Shown: positions 60,329 through 64,000 of the stretch, piece after piece
How positions within the stretch are numbered: position 1 is the stretch's first letter
Layout: each line of letters starts with the position of its first letter
Source: Caecitellus pseudoparvulus
Taxonomy: Eukaryota; Protista; Bigyra: Bicosoecida
Assembly: GCA_965644315.1 (NCBI GenBank)
Contig: CBFFRQ010000013.1
Coordinates: 372,001-436,000, forward strand
Direction: 5' to 3'
DNA length: 64,000 nt
Position numbers and translations under genes: made by a program
The notes under the pieces: model-generated
What the model was told of the DNA's origin: nothing
The model's database searches: none
The model's input: only the letters and a program-made list of their open reading frames with translations

Positions 60329-60958
60329 ATGGACGAGTTGCGTGCCTCTGACGAGGTGCGTCCACCACTTCAAACAATGGTGCACGGTGCAAAGTGTAGC
60401 CATCCCCGTTTCACAGTCTGCCTTTGTGCAAGAGGAGGTCGAGGACTGTGTGCGAAAGGTTCGGCGTGCTGGAGCTTGTATCCGTTTCCCCAGCGTTTCA
60501 CTGTCTGCGCGGCGGCCTCTCTGGGCGCAGATTCTCGAGGGGTACTTGACGGATGCCGTGTACGACGACTCCAAGGTCGAGCACTGGATTGACATTATTT
60601 GCGCTGACAGTCTGCGGGAGCTGGCCTCGTTGCAGAAGCCCTTCAAGTACATCGGTGAGCGCCAAGGCTGGCATCGCATGCACTGGCGACGCTCAGGGAC
60701 CTGCCCCCCCTCCGTGCCTTTGCAGTGTCCTGTGTGATCATGCAGAACACGGGTGCCGGCTTGACATCGCACCAGGCGACGTATTGTGATGCAGTGAACG
60801 ATGGTGAGAGGCAGTGCGCAACGCGCAGTGGGCTACAGTTGCACGGCATCCCTTGTGTGTGCGCAGGCGTGAGCGTCATCAAGTGGCCCTCAGACAAGCA
60901 AAGCAAGGAACAGAACCAGCTTTACTGTGTCGTCACAGTGTTTGGGTGCCAGCTGTGA
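60329..60958 (+). CDS. DYNLT1: Tctex-1 type dynein light chain (4 introns)
   Basis: AFVQEEV, Y.DSKVEHW, LQKPFKYIVSCVIMQNTGAGL, DGVSVIKW, YCVVTVFG. Confidence 0.88.
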
Positions 60959-61289
60959 GGCTCTCCTCTGGAACGTGCGCAGCAGGCGCTCAGCGGCCAC
61001 CCCCATGGCCTCGGGACAGCCGCACACCGTGCTCTGCGAACCGTGCAGGGGAACTGTGCCAGAGCGGGGCTGTGCGTGAGCTCTGCGAGACGGGCAGGAT
61101 TCGCTGTACGGCTGAGCAGCGCCGGTGTGTGTGGGCCGGGTGATGCAGCCGGAAATCCCGCGTGGCCAGGCACCACGCCTGTCCCGCCACTGCAAGGAGC
61201 GCGGCAAAATGAAAGCAAAGGCACACCAATCTCGTGGAGGTGTTCACGCCGACCCCACGTCGTGTTACACCCCAGCACGCACACTCAGC

Positions 61290-64000
61290 ATGGCAGACGC
61301 CGTGCGGGTGGCTGTCAGGGCCAGACCCCTGCTCTCCCATGAGTTGGAGACAGGAGCCTGCAGCATCGCAAGCAAGCTGTCGAAGACCGACCTCATCCTG
61401 GGATCTGATCGTGTGTTCTCGTACAACCACGTCTTTGGTGAGGATGACGAGCAGGAGTACATCTTCGACGAGGCGGTGCGTGGCTTGCAGCACTTGTGTC
61501 AACGGCAGGCGCCATGGGCAGTGACACAGGGCAGGCAGTCCTGGGGTTCGTGGCATCCAAGCCAAGGCAGGAGGAGGTGCTGCCCACCTTACACAGAGCC
61601 ACATGCCTGGTCCGCCCTGGCGGCGCGTTTTGCGCCAGGCAGCAGGGCTGCTGTGTCATCCGTTGCGGAAGTTGAGCCGCGCGGCAGCTCACTGCACCGG
61701 CCTCGCTCCGCTCACAGGTCAAGCCGCTGCTGGCGAAGTTCTTGAAAGGATACAATGCCACCATTTTTGCGTACGGCCAGACGGGAAGCGGCAAGACGCA
61801 CACCATGGGCAGCGCTGTGGACGGCGGGGAGCTGAACTCAGAATCTGGCATTGTCCAGCGGGTGGCGCACCACCTGTTCACGTACATGGCGGACGCGGCA
61901 AAGCGTGGCACAGAGTGCAAGCTGTCTTGCAGCTTCATGGAGATCTACAACGAGGAAATCAAGGACCTCCTGGACCCCAGTGCGGCCAAGACCGTCACAG
62001 TCCGCGAGAACGCCGACGGCGGGCAGACAGTGTCTGGCGTACAGGCTGTGCCTGTCACGGACGCCGCTGGGCTGGGGGAGGTGCTCAGCACTGGCGCAGC
62101 TTCTCGCAGTGTGGGGGCCACCAAGATGAACGCGCAGTCCTCCAGGTCCCATGCCGTGTTCACCATCGCCATGGAGCAGCGGCGGGTAGGCGAGGAGGGG
62201 GAGGAGGAGGGAGACGTCCCCGCCTTCACCGCCGCCAAGCTGCACCTGGTGGACCTGGCCGGCAGCGAACGGCAGAAGAAGACGCAGGCCAGTGGTGCCC
62301 GCCTGCGGGAGGCCTCCTTCATCAACAAGGGCCTGCTGGCGCTGGGCAACGTGATCAACGCCCTGGCCACCAAGGCGGAGGGTGGGCCCACTCGCCACAT
62401 CCCCTACCGTGACTCCAAGCTCACGCGCCTGCTGCAGGACAGCCTGGGCGGCAATGCCGTTACCCTCATGATCGCCGCCATCTCCCCCGCTGACAGCAAT
62501 TTTGACGAGACCCTGAACACACTGCGGTACGCCCAGCGGGCACGCAGCATCCAGAACAAAGCCGTTGTGAACACGGACCCCCACACGGCCCAAGTGGTGG
62601 CCCTGCAACGGCAGGTGCGCCAGCTGCAGATGGCCCTCCTAGGCGCAGGACGTGGCGCCGCGGCCGCCTCCTCCACCCTCGCCCTGACGTCTGCCGACGC
62701 CTGTGCGGGGGCTGGCGAGGCCAGTGCCGGTGGCATGGTGGACACGGACGCTCTCACGGCTGCGCTGGGGCGCGCTGCAGCTGCGGAGCAGCGGGTGGGC
62801 GAGCTGAGCGCTGAGTTGGCAGCGGCCCGCACTGCCCTGCACGCGGCGTCAGACGAGGCGAACCGCCTCACAGACGAGCTGGTGGCGGCGCAGACCGAGC
62901 GAGACGAGGCACAGTGGAAGTACGAGATGGCAGTGCACGTGACCCTGCCCATGGCGGCGGCGGCGGACACGAAGCCCAAGTCGGCGGAGGAGTCGGTCCC
63001 CGACGTCCTCCGTAGCCGCAATGCCCGCATCGCAGAGCTAGAGGCAGCTCTGGCGCGGGCAACACGGGAGATCGAGCAAGCAGCTGGTCGCGGTGCGACG
63101 CGCGACGTCGCAGCGGCGGGCCCCCGCCCGCCCACCGCCTCGTCCACAGGCCCCAGTCGCACGACACACGCTGCTCGCCGGCCCACAGCGAGCGCTGCTG
63201 GCCCTGAGGCGCAGGGTGAGGGCGCCCAGGCGGAGGTGCCAGCGCAAGCGGACGACGGGGGCGTGGACGAGGAGGAGGCTGCACACATGTCCCGGCAGGC
63301 GTCCATGCGGGCCGAGCTGTCCGCCATCAGCGACCTGCTGGCAGAGAAGGAGAAACTCCTGCGCTCCGTGTCCGCGTCAGGCGCCGGCATGACCAGCCTC
63401 GGCTCTGTGCCAGGCCCCTCTGCAGAGCACGACGCCAAGGTGGCTGCGCTGGAGGCAGAGGTGACCAGCCTGCAGGAACGCCTGCAGGCGGCGGAGGCGG
63501 TGGCGGCCAAGGCGGGTGCCACGCCCACGGCCATCTCCCAGACCGCCACCGCCGCCCTCAAGCGCAGCCTGGCGGCCAAGGAAGCCGCCTTGACCCAGCT
63601 CCGTAGCCGGGTGCAGGACACAGGGCGCCTGCAGCGGCTGAAGGCCAAGGCGGACCGGCGCGCGGAGGACCTGGCCCGCGAGATCCAGAACGTGAAGGCT
63701 GCCCGTGTGGCGCTCCTGCGGCGGCTGAAGGAGGACTCCGCGCGCTTCAAGCAGGCCTCTGCGGCGCGCAAGCGAGAGGTGGCCAGCCTGACCAAGGCCC
63801 GCGCCCGCACAGCCAACGAGCTGGCCAAGCTCAAGAGCGTGCACGAAAAGCAGGCGGCGGTGCTGCGGCGCAAGACGGAGGAGCTGCTGTCTGCCCACCG
63901 CAGCATGCGGGAGGCGGCTGCCAAGGCGCGCAGCAGCTCCAGGACAGCGGCAGGCAGCGGCGGCGCCGGCATGGCCCACGGCAGGGACGCCGGCGGGGCA
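61290..64000 (+). CDS. Kinesin-4-like (KIF4/KIF21/KIF27-type) motor with long coiled coil, runs off window end
   Basis: [98 protein letters not shown]. Confidence 0.9.

Overview
Gene-dense, GC-rich eukaryotic DNA from a flagellated protist, probably a stramenopile (mastigoneme-type EGF protein, RSP3, Tctex-1, CFAP20-like and STPG-repeat genes). It holds about 28 protein genes with short (~60-120 nt) GT-AG introns, so the ORF track fragments most of them. There are also four tRNA-Glu genes. Most genes are recognisable housekeeping or flagellar genes. Highlights: (1) a box C/D snoRNA hidden in an enlarged PA2G4/EBP1 intron, with a guide complementary to 18S rRNA; (2) a ~3.3 kb lower-GC island between UBA3 and RUVBL2, carrying an orphan spliced gene and bracketed by dense CTAG/ACTAGT arrays; (3) a kinesin motor fused to a C-terminal F-box-like domain; (4) a recurrent AATGCA motif just after stop codons, present as the palindrome AATGCATT between convergent genes, which is a candidate non-canonical, bidirectional poly(A) signal; (5) several bacterial-type or oddly targeted genes (TsaE, mitochondrial lipocalin, secreted FMN reductase, CocE hydrolase, RCC1-mucin surface protein). 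All calls were made by eye, without database searches, and exon boundaries are approximate unless stated.
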